Virus record (IMG/VR): IMGVR_UViG_3300025133_000112
Location: 1-60,075 of that record
Source: a virus
Lineage: Duplodnaviria > Caudoviricetes
Direction: 5' to 3' (one strand)
Length of the DNA: 60,075 bases
In this document: in pieces, positions 15,306 through 25,889 of the stretch
How positions within the stretch are numbered: position 1 is the stretch's first letter
Layout of the letters: each line of letters opens with the position of its first letter
Program-made: the position numbers and the translations under genes
The notes under the pieces: model-generated
What the model was told of the DNA's origin: nothing
Databases searched by the model: none
What the model saw: the letters and a program-made list of their open reading frames with translations, nothing else

Positions 15306-17183
15306 TTAAGCTTTCTTTATTACTTCATCAAAGCTAACACCCTGTTTAACATTTACAAAATCAAGAATAATAAATTCAGCAGTCATAGTAGGCTTAACAT
15401 ATATAACTCCTCTAAATTCATTTCTTGAAATTACTTCAGGTGTATTTACTGTATCACTAACATCGACATAAAATTCAGTAATACCTTCTCTACCTTGAAC
15501 ATCTCGTAAATAAGGATCAACTAAACCTTTAAATTGACGTCTAGTGTATGGAGTATTTTTTTCACCCATAAAATATTTAGCTGCTAGAGCAATAGCCTTT
15601 TCAATTACAAGAAATAACCATCTGACGTCTAGTCTATTAAATGAACTTGGGGCTGCTAATAGAGTTTTTTGACCAAGAACAACATGACCATCACCAGGAC
15701 TTGTTATAATTGGATTAACATTAGCTTGATATAATTGATCTCTATAAGTTAATTTAGGATTAACTGCAAGCTTACTAGAATTCTTAACTAATCCTCTATT
15801 ATAAAATGCTGGAGCAAACCAAGGATCTCTTGTAAAGTGAGATTGAGCAGTAATACCAGCAACATCACCAGTCATAGGAACCCAACGATATTTATCTGCA
15901 TATGAATCATACTGATATTTCCAGTTACCATATAATGAAGCCCAGCTTGAACTTTTATTTAGAGTAGTAGTTGCATATGTTATCATATTAGATACTGCTG
16001 TAGCAACAGTTGAAACACCAACTACATCTGCTTTAGGCACATTTAATACGGCTATACAATCTTTTCTATCTTCAGTTAGATTATCTACAATATAAGCACC
16101 AGTAACAGCATCATTATTTGCACCATCTATAATCATTGATACATCAATCTCTTCTTTATTTTCGAAAAGATCATAACCAGTAGTTATATCACCAACAGCA
16201 GGATATCCATTTACTCCACCAGCAAGTACTGTTCCTATTTGAGAAGCAGGAGTATCAGTATTTGATGCTTTATCAAAAAGTAAAATATAATTTGAAGAAG
16301 TATTGATAAAATCTTCACAGTAATAATTTATATTATCAAGATTTTTTGCACCAGCAGTAAGAGAAACTGTCCATTTTTCTAGAATTGTATCAGAATCTGC
16401 ACCATCAATAACAGCAATTGCTACTTCACCAGCAAGAGGAGCATAATCAAATTCATCAACAAATGCAACTCCAGATATAATATCTTCTGTAGCAAAATCA
16501 TCTGCATTAGCAATAGCTACTTTTATATCAGATCCTCTTTCACCAGGATATTTAGCAAATATCTGCCATTTAGAATTATCAGCAGCAAATGTTGGTGTAT
16601 AATTTTCAACATCTTCATCATTACCAATATAATCACTAGCTGCAACTGGTGCACCATCAGCATCTACAATACCAGCCATTGTTGCTTCAGAGCTTGAAAA
16701 AGGATTAGCATTATCAACATCATTTGTATCAACAAATGTTCCTGTTGTGACTGATACTGTGACGTCATTTGTATCAATTGCAATTACTATACCTTCACCA
16801 TCATTACTATTAACACTATCACCTGTAATATCATCTCCAACTGAAAATGGAGCAGCATCATCAAGAGTTATAACAATATAATTTGCACTATCAATTTCTA
16901 AACCACCATTCTTTGCTGTAGCATCATCAACAGCTCTTACAACATATAAAGTACTAGCATATTGTAAAAAGTTCCATGCTGAATACCAATGTTCATATGT
17001 ATCATCATCTGGTTGATAAAATGTTGAAAGCAATTCGCTATCTTGTGTTATTAATGTTCTTTGAAAACAAGGACCCCATCTATATGCACCTACTACTCCT
17101 GTACTTGTAGTAGAAACCGCAGGTACAGATACAGAAAGGTCTTTTTCCTTTGTAACAACTTGTGGACTTAAATAAAAACCCAT
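15306..17183 (-). CDS. gp18: Tail sheath protein
   Basis: LSPQV..KEKDLS, WGP, NFLQY, YVVRA, GNWKYQYD.Y.DKYRWVP..GDVAG, PWFAPA, FNRLDVRWLF. Confidence 0.97.
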   Translation of the reverse strand: MGFYLSPQVVTKEKDLSVSVPAVSTTSTGVVGAYRWGPCFQRTLITQDSELLSTFYQPDDDTYEHWYSAWNFLQYASTLYVVRAVDDATAKNGGLEIDSANYIVITLDDAAPFSVGDDITGDSVNSNDGEGIVIAIDTNDVTVSVTTGTFVDTNDVDNANPFSSSEATMAGIVDADGAPVAASDYIGNDEDVENYTPTFAADNSKWQIFAKYPGERGSDIKVAIANADDFATEDIISGVAFVDEFDYAPLAGEVAIAVIDGADSDTILEKWTVSLTAGAKNLDNINYYCEDFINTSSNYILLFDKASNTDTPASQIGTVLAGGVNGYPAVGDITTGYDLFENKEEIDVSMIIDGANNDAVTGAYIVDNLTEDRKDCIAVLNVPKADVVGVSTVATAVSNMITYATTTLNKSSSWASLYGNWKYQYDSYADKYRWVPMTGDVAGITAQSHFTRDPWFAPAFYNRGLVKNSSKLAVNPKLTYRDQLYQANVNPIITSPGDGHVVLGQKTLLAAPSSFNRLDVRWLFLVIEKAIALAAKYFMGEKNTPYTRRQFKGLVDPYLRDVQGREGITEFYVDVSDTVNTPEVISRNEFRGVIYVKPTMTAEFIILDFVNVKQGVSFDEVIKKA

Positions 17184-17350
17184 ATGTTTATCTCCTTTAT
17201 GTTAAAATTTATTTTTTTATTCTTTTATTTTAATTATTTACTTTATTTATTGACAATTATTATAAAAATAAATAAAAATGGGTAGAAAGCGTTTCATAGC
17301 CACCTACCCATTATTAACTTAATCTCTAAATATTAAATATGTCTTAATTA

Positions 17351-17836
17351 TTAATCAGTATAATCTCCGGTAACAATTTCACCAACAGTCAATGCACCTG
17401 TCAATGGCTTTGTAACTGCAACAAATCCAGCACCTTGAGCAGCATCTGTAAGCTTTAGAACAGCAATACCAGAAGCGGCTGTTTGAATCATAAGATGAAG
17501 ATTAGCTGTGAGAGCTGTGAGAACTTCACCAGTAGAGGCTGTGATTGAATCAGGAGCAAGAGTACTTGCAAGACCTGCACCAGTTGAATCATCAGAAACT
17601 AGAAATTCAAGATTCCTGACACCTGTAAGGGTATTTCCATCAACATCCTGACATGTGATTGTGATTGTGATTGCATTTGTTGTACTAGCTGCAATTACAA
17701 TTGAAAACTGTGCTGGACCTTCTGTCATTGCCCTTACTGACTCAGTTACATTTACTAGTGCAGTAGAATTATCTATCTTGTTTGCACCAGATATATGAAG
17801 CTCCTGACATTTTATTACATCAAATAAATTTTCCAT
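17351..17836 (-). CDS. Probable virion structural protein (Thr/Ala-rich beta protein)
   Basis: Located in the late operon; RBS AAGGAG; beta-rich composition; hairpin downstream at ~17278-17312. Confidence 0.65.
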   Translation of the reverse strand: MENLFDVIKCQELHISGANKIDNSTALVNVTESVRAMTEGPAQFSIVIAASTTNAITITITCQDVDGNTLTGVRNLEFLVSDDSTGAGLASTLAPDSITASTGEVLTALTANLHLMIQTAASGIAVLKLTDAAQGAGFVAVTKPLTGALTVGEIVTGDYTD

Positions 17837-17862
17837 TTTTTTCTCCTTAAATTGTTTATTAT

Positions 17863-18135
17863 TTAAACTACATCTATTAAAGTTATTAAATCTTCAATAG
17901 TTTCTTCCTTTTCTACTTCTACTTCTACTTCTTCAACTTCTAATTTGTCTTCCTTTAAATCTTCTTCTAATTCTACTTCCATTTCATCTTCAACCTTTTC
18001 AAGAATAGATGAAAATTTCATTGCAATTTCATCATCATATTCAGAAATACCAGCTGGAACTTCTAAAAGTTCTCTTCCACCTGCATCCAATGTTAAATTT
18101 ATTCTTTTTCCTATTAAATTAAGATATTTTCCCAT
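17863..18135 (-). CDS. Small acidic protein
   Basis: Glu-rich ORF with RBS AGGA. Confidence 0.6.
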   Translation of the reverse strand: MGKYLNLIGKRINLTLDAGGRELLEVPAGISEYDDEIAMKFSSILEKVEDEMEVELEEDLKEDKLEVEEVEVEVEKEETIEDLITLIDVV

Positions 18136-18150
18136 ATTATACTATCCTTA

Positions 18151-18753
18151 TTATATATTACCAAAAACATCTGATTCTGAAAGATCTAAAATATCCGCTA
18201 TATTTGTTAATTGATCTTCTTCATCTGAATTTGTTATTGGTTCTTGATTAATAACATCTATCTCATCGATATTTACGTTTATGTCTTCATATGAATATTC
18301 AAATAATTTACATGTTAATTTATAAGAGTATTCTTTATGATTAAATTGATAAAAACCTTCTTTATCTTCTACATGAATAACTTCAAAAATTCTATCACTA
18401 ATAGGATGATATATTAAATCATCTTCTTTGGGTGGTTGACCAACTAAACCTTTAAAATTTTCGATTTCTACTGATAAAGTAATTTGATTATCAGGTGTAA
18501 AACCAAATTTACCAAATATATCACCTAATCCATCAAAATTTGAATAATTTTCAATATAAAATGTTACTGGTTTATTTTCTGTAAAACTTCCTAATGCATC
18601 TTCACCGAATATTTGATCTTCCTTAACATATTCTCTAGGTAAAAAATACATATCAATTCCTCTAATTTCTATAAGCTCATGTGTTGCATTAGCATATAAT
18701 TTAGCTTCATTGTTATCTGGAAAATATGTATTTTTAAAGTAAGGATTACTCAT
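18151..18753 (-). CDS. gp14: Neck/head-closure protein
   Basis: NPYF, ELIEIRG.DMYFLPRE, IFGED, KFG, P.EDDLIYHP, FEVIHVE, L.CKLFEYS. Confidence 0.93.
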   Translation of the reverse strand: MSNPYFKNTYFPDNNEAKLYANATHELIEIRGIDMYFLPREYVKEDQIFGEDALGSFTENKPVTFYIENYSNFDGLGDIFGKFGFTPDNQITLSVEIENFKGLVGQPPKEDDLIYHPISDRIFEVIHVEDKEGFYQFNHKEYSYKLTCKLFEYSYEDINVNIDEIDVINQEPITNSDEEDQLTNIADILDLSESDVFGNI

Positions 18754-19089
18754 CTATATGGCTCTAACTTTATTTATTTTAAATCTATAGTCCTCTACGA
18801 GTGGTAGATCACTCCCTAGATTTGAATCGTATGTTGCTTTAATGGTTACCATTCTAACCGTATCAGAATCATCAGTGATAGCAAGGTCATCACCAGAAAG
18901 CACTATATAAACAGTAGTTGCAGGTGTTTCTACAACATCTTCTCTACTATTAATTATAACTCCTGATATGTTACTTAAAGACCAAGTTATAGTTTTTGGC
19001 ATAACAGAATATTCATTTTCATCAAATCCTGAAACTGATAATATAAATGTAGATTCTTCAAATGCTTCTTCATTAATATATAATGGCAT
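18754..19089 (-). CDS. Hypothetical structural protein
   Basis: Beta-rich ORF abutting gp14. Confidence 0.65.
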   Translation of the reverse strand: MPLYINEEAFEESTFILSVSGFDENEYSVMPKTITWSLSNISGVIINSREDVVETPATTVYIVLSGDDLAITDDSDTVRMVTIKATYDSNLGSDLPLVEDYRFKINKVRAI

Positions 19090-19102
19090 TGTTATTCCTA
19101 AA

Positions 19103-19129
19103 GGTGAGATACTAATTTAGTATCTCACC
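19103..19129 (-). terminator. Hairpin/terminator
   Basis: GGTGAGATACTA/TAGTATCTCACC followed by TTT on the minus strand. Confidence 0.6.
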
Positions 19130-19136
19130 AATAAAA

Positions 19137-19505
19137 TTAGGTTGGATCAGTAAATTCACAATCAAATGCAGGAACAGTAACAGTATTTGTTGCTGTTAGA
19201 GCTTGTGAAGTACAAGTTGTAGTTAACTTAATTACAGATGATAATGAAAGTACAATATGAAGAGCTGTGCCAGTATCTGTAATTGTAATATCTGATTGTT
19301 GAGCAACAGTAAGTTTTCTACCACTAACATCACCAGCAGCTATAGTATAATCACCATTACCATCACCAGCAGTTAATGTTATATTTGCTAGACTGTTTGT
19401 TAGGTTTGCTGGTGTACCTGCATCACTAGTTACATCCAATTGTGTACATGTTGCAATTTCGTCTAAGGCTGCGTCTAAAACAGCATCACTTACGCTTTTT
19501 CCCAT
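19137..19505 (-). CDS. Putative structural protein
   Basis: DAVLDAALD...GDYTIAAGDVSGRKLTVAQQ; late promoter upstream; RBS AAGGAG. Confidence 0.7.
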   Translation of the reverse strand: MGKSVSDAVLDAALDEIATCTQLDVTSDAGTPANLTNSLANITLTAGDGNGDYTIAAGDVSGRKLTVAQQSDITITDTGTALHIVLSLSSVIKLTTTCTSQALTATNTVTVPAFDCEFTDPT

Positions 19506-19624
19506 TATTTTTCTCCTTTATTTTTACTCTTTTTAAATTTATTACCCATAGGTATTGAAGCATTTTGAACTTCTAAAACAATGCTTTTACTTTTCTTTTC
19601 ATTTTTCTCATTTTTATCGGTCAT
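19505..19624 (-). CDS. Small basic peptide (39 aa)
   Basis: MTDKNEKNEKKSKSIVLEVQNASIPMG...; RBS AGGAG; first ORF after the late promoter at 19653. Confidence 0.5.
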   Translation of the reverse strand: MTDKNEKNEKKSKSIVLEVQNASIPMGNKFKKSKNKGEK

Positions 19625-19669
19625 ATTTAATATTCTCCTATATTAAGTTTTAATTTTAATTATTTACTT

Positions 19670-22600
19670 TTATATAACCTTAAGTTCGAAAAAAGGTTTT
19701 ATTGCTTCTGTTTTAAAGAAAGGTTTTAAAGTCTCAACTTTAAATCTTAATTTATTATGAATAGCTAATAGATCAACATTATCAATACTTGATGCAAATC
19801 TCATACTATCTGGAACTACATCTCCGCCAAAATCAAGTGTGATATTATCAATATTAGAATCATTAATAAGATCATTAATATCTAATATATGTTTCTGAGT
19901 TAATATAGTATTATCAATAGTACTTGATATATCTAAATCTTCAACTGATAATAAAGCAGCTGAACTTAATTCAGTATTATCAATATTAGAATCTACATCT
20001 AAATCATTTGAAACTAATGTATGCTTCTGAGTTACTGAAACATTATCAATATTAGAAGCATTAGTAAGATCTTGAGGAGCTAATGTATGTTTCTGGGTTA
20101 AATCGTTATTGTCTATATTAGAAGCAATATCTAAATCATTTACAGAAAGAGATATTGATGTTGTAATAATAACATTATCAATATTAGAATCTACATTTAA
20201 ATCATTTGCATCTAAGGTAAAATGCTCAACTAAATCTGTATTATCAATATTAGAATCTATATCTAAATCTTGAGCAACTAATGTATGCTTCTGAGTTATT
20301 GATACATTATCTATGTTAGATAAAATATCTAAATCATTTATATCTAATATTGTTGCAGCACTAAGTTCAATATTATCAATATTAGAATCTACATCTAAAT
20401 CATTTGAAACTAATGTATGCTTCTGAGTTAAATCAATATTGTCTATATTAGAAGCAATATCTAAACTATTAGAAACTAATGTATGCTTCTGAGTTACTGA
20501 AACATTATCAATATTGCTTGATATATCAAGATCATTTACATCTAAAATAGTTGCAGCAGTAAGTTCAACATTATCAATATTGGAAGCAATGTCTAAATCA
20601 TTTGAAACTAGTGTATGCTTCTGAGTTAAATCTGTATTATCAATATTGGAAGCAATGTCTAAACTATCAGAAACTAGTGTAAAATGTTGAACTAAATCAG
20701 TATTATCGATATTAGAAGCAATGTCTAAATCATTTACATCTAAAATAGTTGCAGCAGTAAGTTCAACATTATCAATATTGGAAGCAATGTCTAAATCATT
20801 TGAAACTAGTGTAAAATGCTCAACTAAATCAGTATTATCGATATTACTTGATATATCTAAATCATTTGAAACTAATGTATGTTTCTGAGTTACTGAAACA
20901 TTATCAATATTAGAATCTACATCTAAATCTTCAACAATTAATAAAGTTGCAGAACTAAGTTCAACATTATCAATATTAGAAGCAATATCTAAACTATTAG
21001 AAACTAATGTATGCTTCTGAGTTACTGAAACATTATCAATATTGCTTGATATATCTAAATCATTTGAAACTAGTGTATGCTTCTGAGTTAAATCTGTATT
21101 ATCAATATTAGAAGCATTAGTAAGATCATTTACAGATAATGTAAAATGCTCAACCAAATCAATATTATCAATATTGGAATCTACATCTAAATCATTTGAA
21201 ACTAATGTATGCTTCTGAGTTAAATCAATATTGTCTATATTTGAATTTACATCTAAATCATTTACAGATAATGTAAAATGCTCAACCAAATCAATATTAT
21301 CAATATTGGAATCTACATCTAAATCATTTGAAACTAATGTATGTTTCTGGGTTAAATCTGTATTATCAATATTGGAAGCAATGTCTAAATCTTGAACAAC
21401 TAATGTAACTGATGAACTAAGTTCAATATTATCAATATTAGAAGCACCAGTAAGATCTTGAGCAACTAATGTATGTTTCTGGGTTAAATTAGTATTATCA
21501 ATATTGCTTGATATATCTAAATCATTTGAAACTAATGTATGCTTCTGGGTTAAATCTGTATTATCAATATTAGAAGCAATATCTAAATCATTTGAAACTA
21601 ATGTATGCTTTTGAATTAAATTAGTATTGTCTATATTTGAAGCAATGTCTAAATCTTCAATAACTAGTGTATGCTTCTGAGTTAAATCAATATTATCAAT
21701 ATTTGAATTTACATCTAAATCATTTGAAACTAGTGTATTTTTCTGAGTTAAATCAATATTGTCTATATTTGAATTTACATCTAAATCTTGAACAACTAAT
21801 GTAACTGATGAACTTACTTCAACATTATCAATGTTGGATGCAATGTCTAAACTATTAGAAACTAGAGTATGTTTCTGGGTTAATAATAATTCATCCCATG
21901 TAATCTCTTTTATACTAGCATTAGAAATAGTACAGGATTCTGAATCACCTAAATGTATTTTATTTGAAACTGTTGCTGTAGCATCAGCAATAAAATATTG
22001 ATTATATGTACCAGATGATGTTATTGCATTTATAAATTGGGAATTTGCACCAGCAGTACCAGCAACTTCCCAATCAAGTGACCCAGTTACAGCTTCAAAT
22101 GTAACACTAGCAAGGTATACTTTAGCTGTTGTTATACTAACAGAATAATTATATATTACTCCTGTTGGTACACCTGAACTTGATAAAACTTGATAATCAC
22201 TACCATTTTTTGATGCTGTAACAGTACAATCTGTTGGAGCAAAAACAGTCCAATTATCTGCTATATCTCCAGTAACTGTACCTGTTCCACCAGATGTTCC
22301 AGAAGTACCAGATAAATCATTATTTGTTTGTAATTCTGTACCAAGATTAGGATCTCCTAAATGACTTGCTACATCTAAACTATCAGAAACTAATGTATGT
22401 TTCTGAGTTAATGTAGTATTATCAATATTAGAAGCACCAGTAAGATCTTGAACAACTAATAACGTACTTGTTACATCTTCAAAATCCCAATATCCACATT
22501 GGTGAGTAACTCTGATTGTTTCACCAGCTCCAGTTATAGCACGATTACCAATATTATCATATGGATTAGTACCAGTACCTTTTGCATCATCAATTTCCCA

Positions 22601-22969
22601 ATCTAATGATGTATCTGGATTTGTTGTGAAAATATCAAGATAATCCTGATATGATGATCCTGGGGTTCTTGTAGCTCCATTATATCTAGTCCCATTAACA
22701 TAAATTAAAGCTCTAGATTTACCACCAGCTCCAACATCTCTTGATCTATGACAAAGAGTAAAACTATTTATGCTTGTTGCACTAGTAAGAGATGGGAAAG
22801 GTGTTCCAAAATCATTATTTGCATTACCACCATCGTCATTCTGAATATACGTGGTATCATCATCAGGGGCACCATGAATATCATCTATTTCTGTATAGTG
22901 GAATGTACCAGTAGTTACATTCCACTGTATAGAATCATCAGAATTCGGATATATATATTCAATAGTCAT
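19670..22969 (-). CDS. Long repetitive fibre-like protein (22-aa repeats)
   Basis: About 30 copies of LTQKHTLVSNDLDIASNIDNxx after N-terminal beta domains. Confidence 0.85.
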   Translation of the reverse strand: MTIEYIYPNSDDSIQWNVTTGTFHYTEIDDIHGAPDDDTTYIQNDDGGNANNDFGTPFPSLTSATSINSFTLCHRSRDVGAGGKSRALIYVNGTRYNGATRTPGSSYQDYLDIFTTNPDTSLDWEIDDAKGTGTNPYDNIGNRAITGAGETIRVTHQCGYWDFEDVTSTLLVVQDLTGASNIDNTTLTQKHTLVSDSLDVASHLGDPNLGTELQTNNDLSGTSGTSGGTGTVTGDIADNWTVFAPTDCTVTASKNGSDYQVLSSSGVPTGVIYNYSVSITTAKVYLASVTFEAVTGSLDWEVAGTAGANSQFINAITSSGTYNQYFIADATATVSNKIHLGDSESCTISNASIKEITWDELLLTQKHTLVSNSLDIASNIDNVEVSSSVTLVVQDLDVNSNIDNIDLTQKNTLVSNDLDVNSNIDNIDLTQKHTLVIEDLDIASNIDNTNLIQKHTLVSNDLDIASNIDNTDLTQKHTLVSNDLDISSNIDNTNLTQKHTLVAQDLTGASNIDNIELSSSVTLVVQDLDIASNIDNTDLTQKHTLVSNDLDVDSNIDNIDLVEHFTLSVNDLDVNSNIDNIDLTQKHTLVSNDLDVDSNIDNIDLVEHFTLSVNDLTNASNIDNTDLTQKHTLVSNDLDISSNIDNVSVTQKHTLVSNSLDIASNIDNVELSSATLLIVEDLDVDSNIDNVSVTQKHTLVSNDLDISSNIDNTDLVEHFTLVSNDLDIASNIDNVELTAATILDVNDLDIASNIDNTDLVQHFTLVSDSLDIASNIDNTDLTQKHTLVSNDLDIASNIDNVELTAATILDVNDLDISSNIDNVSVTQKHTLVSNSLDIASNIDNIDLTQKHTLVSNDLDVDSNIDNIELSAATILDINDLDILSNIDNVSITQKHTLVAQDLDIDSNIDNTDLVEHFTLDANDLNVDSNIDNVIITTSISLSVNDLDIASNIDNNDLTQKHTLAPQDLTNASNIDNVSVTQKHTLVSNDLDVDSNIDNTELSSAALLSVEDLDISSTIDNTILTQKHILDINDLINDSNIDNITLDFGGDVVPDSMRFASSIDNVDLLAIHNKLRFKVETLKPFFKTEAIKPFFELKVI
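19770..21890 (-). repeat. 66-bp degenerate coding tandem repeat
   Basis: Recurring CTAATGTATGCTTCTGAGTTA...TTATCAATATTAGAA...TCTAAATCATT units. Confidence 0.9.
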
Positions 22970-23463
22970 TATTTACTCTTTAGTTTTACAACATCTACTT
23001 CTAAATAAGTATCATATTCATCAAGAATATCATCATCAATTAATATGTCTGCTCTAATACAAGCTCCACAATTATTTGCAATCATAAATTGTTCCAAACT
23101 AGCTGTATCATAAAATCCATGTTGCTCTTGCATACTTTTTGTGAATATCTTTTTTGTAAATTTATCAGCTATTTTTAAATTAATAGAATCTTTATCTTTA
23201 GTTTTTATTTTAATATCTAAAGAATCATCAAAATATCCTAATAAAAGCCATAAGTTTGTTCTTCTATCTTCGATTGGATCGTCATTGTCTCTTACAAATC
23301 TTGTTGCAATAACAGTACCTTCTGGAAATTCTGGACCATAACCCTCACCAGCAGCATATTCTGCTTCAGTAGGTATTTTCCATTCAAGTTCTTTTATAAC
23401 AGTAGAAAAACCAGTTCCAATTTCAATGTCAATTTCATCTTGGTCTGTAATATCTTTAGCCAT
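22969..23463 (-). CDS. Hypothetical acidic protein
   Basis: Likely start MAKDITDQ at 23463 (RBS AAGGTG); coupled to the downstream fibre gene. Confidence 0.65.
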   Translation of the reverse strand: MAKDITDQDEIDIEIGTGFSTVIKELEWKIPTEAEYAAGEGYGPEFPEGTVIATRFVRDNDDPIEDRRTNLWLLLGYFDDSLDIKIKTKDKDSINLKIADKFTKKIFTKSMQEQHGFYDTASLEQFMIANNCGACIRADILIDDDILDEYDTYLEVDVVKLKSK

Positions 23464-23626
23464 TTTCACCTTCTTTATTTTTTCCACATTGTTTACATTT
23501 ATCAATAGTAATACTCCCACATTGTCTGCAAAAAGTTAGTTTTCTTTTTCTTTGTAATACTATTGGCTTTGAATAATCGCCGGTTCCACTACTTGTGTTT
23601 GTTTGTTCTTCTATACAATTTTTCAA
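23456..23626 (-). CDS. Small zinc-ribbon protein (TTG start)
   Basis: MKNCIEEQTNTSSG...RKRKLTFCRQCG...CKQCG; RBS AGGAG; not in the ORF track. Confidence 0.55.
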   Translation of the reverse strand: MKNCIEEQTNTSSGTGDYSKPIVLQRKRKLTFCRQCGSITIDKCKQCGKNKEGENG

Positions 23627-23640
23627 TTTTTAATTCTCCT

Positions 23641-24357
23641 TTATGCCACTTCCATATCTGGTGGCTCAGAATACTTATCTTCTAATTCTTCCTCTAATTT
23701 TTCTATTTCTGCTTCTGCTTGTGACATTATATCACCATAATTAAATTCGGCTCCACCAGGCATTTGTGCTCCAGCATATTTTTGAAGATTTGTTGCCCAT
23801 TGCTTTTTAGTTAATGCTACAGCATATTTTTTTAACCATCTATCGCCGTAAATATCTTCTAAATCTAATTCTGATTGATATACTTTTAGCATAAAAATAG
23901 TATCTTTTGTTGGTTCTATATGTAAAATTAATTGTTTTGATATAGAATTAAAATCAAATAATATATCATTATTATAAGATTCAATAAGATTTTTATAATT
24001 TGATCTCCATACAGTAATATCAACTAAACTATATCTATATCCATTACATCCTGATCCATCAACATTATATAAATTATTATAAAATCTATTTACAAGTAAA
24101 GGATCATCAAATGATAAACTATTTGTTCCTAATACTTCTAAAACATCATGAACATTTGAATCAAGAGTATAACTTGATGTACCAGCAGTTATATCTACAG
24201 GAATGTAACCTAAATTAACTCCGTCATAATGATTTTCATAAAATAATTGAACTGCATCATCTATTCTATAATCAAGTTGATCATTAGTTACTTCTACATT
24301 TATAATAGGTTCACCTAAACTACTTTTAATATATGTTCTAAAGTCCTTTATATCCAT
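23641..24357 (-). CDS. gp13: Neck protein
   Basis: LGEPIINVEVT.DQL..RIDDAVQ, HYDG, DRWLKKYA.AL.K.QW..NL.KY, PGG. Confidence 0.95.
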   Translation of the reverse strand: MDIKDFRTYIKSSLGEPIINVEVTNDQLDYRIDDAVQLFYENHYDGVNLGYIPVDITAGTSSYTLDSNVHDVLEVLGTNSLSFDDPLLVNRFYNNLYNVDGSGCNGYRYSLVDITVWRSNYKNLIESYNNDILFDFNSISKQLILHIEPTKDTIFMLKVYQSELDLEDIYGDRWLKKYAVALTKKQWATNLQKYAGAQMPGGAEFNYGDIMSQAEAEIEKLEEELEDKYSEPPDMEVA

Positions 24358-24401
24358 TTTATACCTTAATATTTTATTTTAATTATTTACTTTTAAACAA
24401 A

Positions 24402-24438
24402 AAAATGGGTTACCTAAATTAATAGGTAACCCATTTTA
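24402..24438. terminator. Intrinsic terminator after the lysis cassette
   Basis: AAAATGGGTTACCTA...TAGGTAACCCATTTT. Confidence 0.85.
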
Positions 24439-24466
24439 TAATCTTATTAAATTTTTATTTTAAATT

Positions 24467-24916
24467 TTAAATTTTATCTGTACTTGTTCCTTTTGCTTTA
24501 TCATAACTTCTCATAACAGCAATACCAAGCATGCCTGTTAAAAGAGTCATAAGAGCAGATGTATCTAAAATTGGAGGAGTACTTAAATCATTTGGTATCC
24601 ATTCTTTTGCTTGACCTAAAAACCAAATCCAAACTAACATAGGATATAAAATAAATTGATATCCTAATGAAAATACACCAATCCAACCAATAGCAGGTCT
24701 CCAACCAGCAACAAATATTGATTTATGACTAGCTTCAATTTTATTAATTTCTAATTGACCTTTTATCAAATCAGCATCAATTTTCTTTTCTTCAATATCA
24801 AGTTTTCTATCTTCAATATCCATCTGAAGACGCTCTTCATCAGATGTAACTAAATCATCTATGATTTCTCCTCCAGCACTAAATATTGAACCTAAATCAA
24901 AATCTACAAATGACAT
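24467..24916 (-). CDS. Holin (3TM / GTA-release family)
   Basis: Q.EINKIEA...IFVAGWRPAIGW...LL.GMLG...RSYDK.KG. Confidence 0.88.
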   Translation of the reverse strand: MSFVDFDLGSIFSAGGEIIDDLVTSDEERLQMDIEDRKLDIEEKKIDADLIKGQLEINKIEASHKSIFVAGWRPAIGWIGVFSLGYQFILYPMLVWIWFLGQAKEWIPNDLSTPPILDTSALMTLLTGMLGIAVMRSYDKAKGTSTDKI

Positions 24917-25458
24917 TATAAAACTCCTTTTAAGCTTCTATTAATCCATCCTAAAAGAAATTTAGATTGACTTTTATTAGAATTACATATTGTAGCATAA
25001 CGAGCAATTTTAGCCACGCAATAGCCAGTGATAAAAGTATTTGAATCTATAGAATCTATAGCAAATATAGATTTAGGACCTATGTAACCATCTGGTGTAA
25101 CATGAGCAACTATTTGAGCTAATCTTGATGCTACTCTAATACCAGCATTAACACCAAAATCAAAAATAGCTTCTGCATTTTCTTGATTATTTAAATCTCC
25201 ACAATGCATTGAATCCCAATAATTTTCTTCATAAAACTCTTGAACCATTTTTTTTAATTCTAAAGTCTCTATAGAAAAATAATTTTCTGAAGATCCAGAC
25301 ATTGCATTATCAATTATTTGCCATCCAAGCCAATTTGGATGAAATTTTCTTGATATACCGGCATATGTCATACCACCAGAATCACCTTCGATAGTATGAA
25401 CAATATACCCACCTTCATTTGACATCATCTTTTCAAATGCTGGTTTAAAATCTACCAT
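24916..25458 (-). CDS. Endolysin, glycoside hydrolase family 108
   Basis: EGGY...DSGGMTYAGI, FDFGVNAG, DG.IGPKS, FLLGWINR. Confidence 0.92.
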   Translation of the reverse strand: MVDFKPAFEKMMSNEGGYIVHTIEGDSGGMTYAGISRKFHPNWLGWQIIDNAMSGSSENYFSIETLELKKMVQEFYEENYWDSMHCGDLNNQENAEAIFDFGVNAGIRVASRLAQIVAHVTPDGYIGPKSIFAIDSIDSNTFITGYCVAKIARYATICNSNKSQSKFLLGWINRSLKGVL

Positions 25459-25462
25459 AATA

Positions 25463-25717
25463 TTATTTTACTTCCTGTAAATCTTCCTTTAGCATGATTA
25501 AATTTGACATAACTAAATTTAGAGTTTTAATATTATTATTAGTATTTTCAACTTGTTCATCTACCATTTCAATTGAAAGACCATTAACAATATCATCAAG
25601 CTTCTCGCCAGTTAAACTATCAAATTGCTTAACTGTATATTCAAATGTTCCGTCCTCATTTTTCTTAAAAGAAACAGCTCCCTTTTCCTTTAAAATGTGA
25701 TAAATTGATGCATCCAT
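25463..25717 (-). CDS. Hypothetical protein
   Basis: RBS AAGGAG; promoter-like GTGACA...TATACT and TATAAATA upstream. Confidence 0.7.
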   Translation of the reverse strand: MDASIYHILKEKGAVSFKKNEDGTFEYTVKQFDSLTGEKLDDIVNGLSIEMVDEQVENTNNNIKTLNLVMSNLIMLKEDLQEVK

Positions 25718-25889
25718 AAAAATATTCTCCTTGTTAAATGTTAAATGTTAATTTATTTATACAGTATATACTATTTCAAAAATTTTGTCACAAATATTTT
25801 ACTCTATTTCATATATATTATCATAGGCATCCATAATGTGCCTAATGATCCTAGATTTTATAGATGTGATATCTTTTCTTCTAATGGTT

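Noticed and set aside
19770-21890. CRISPR array
   Set aside because: These are degenerate in-frame coding repeats with no unique spacers
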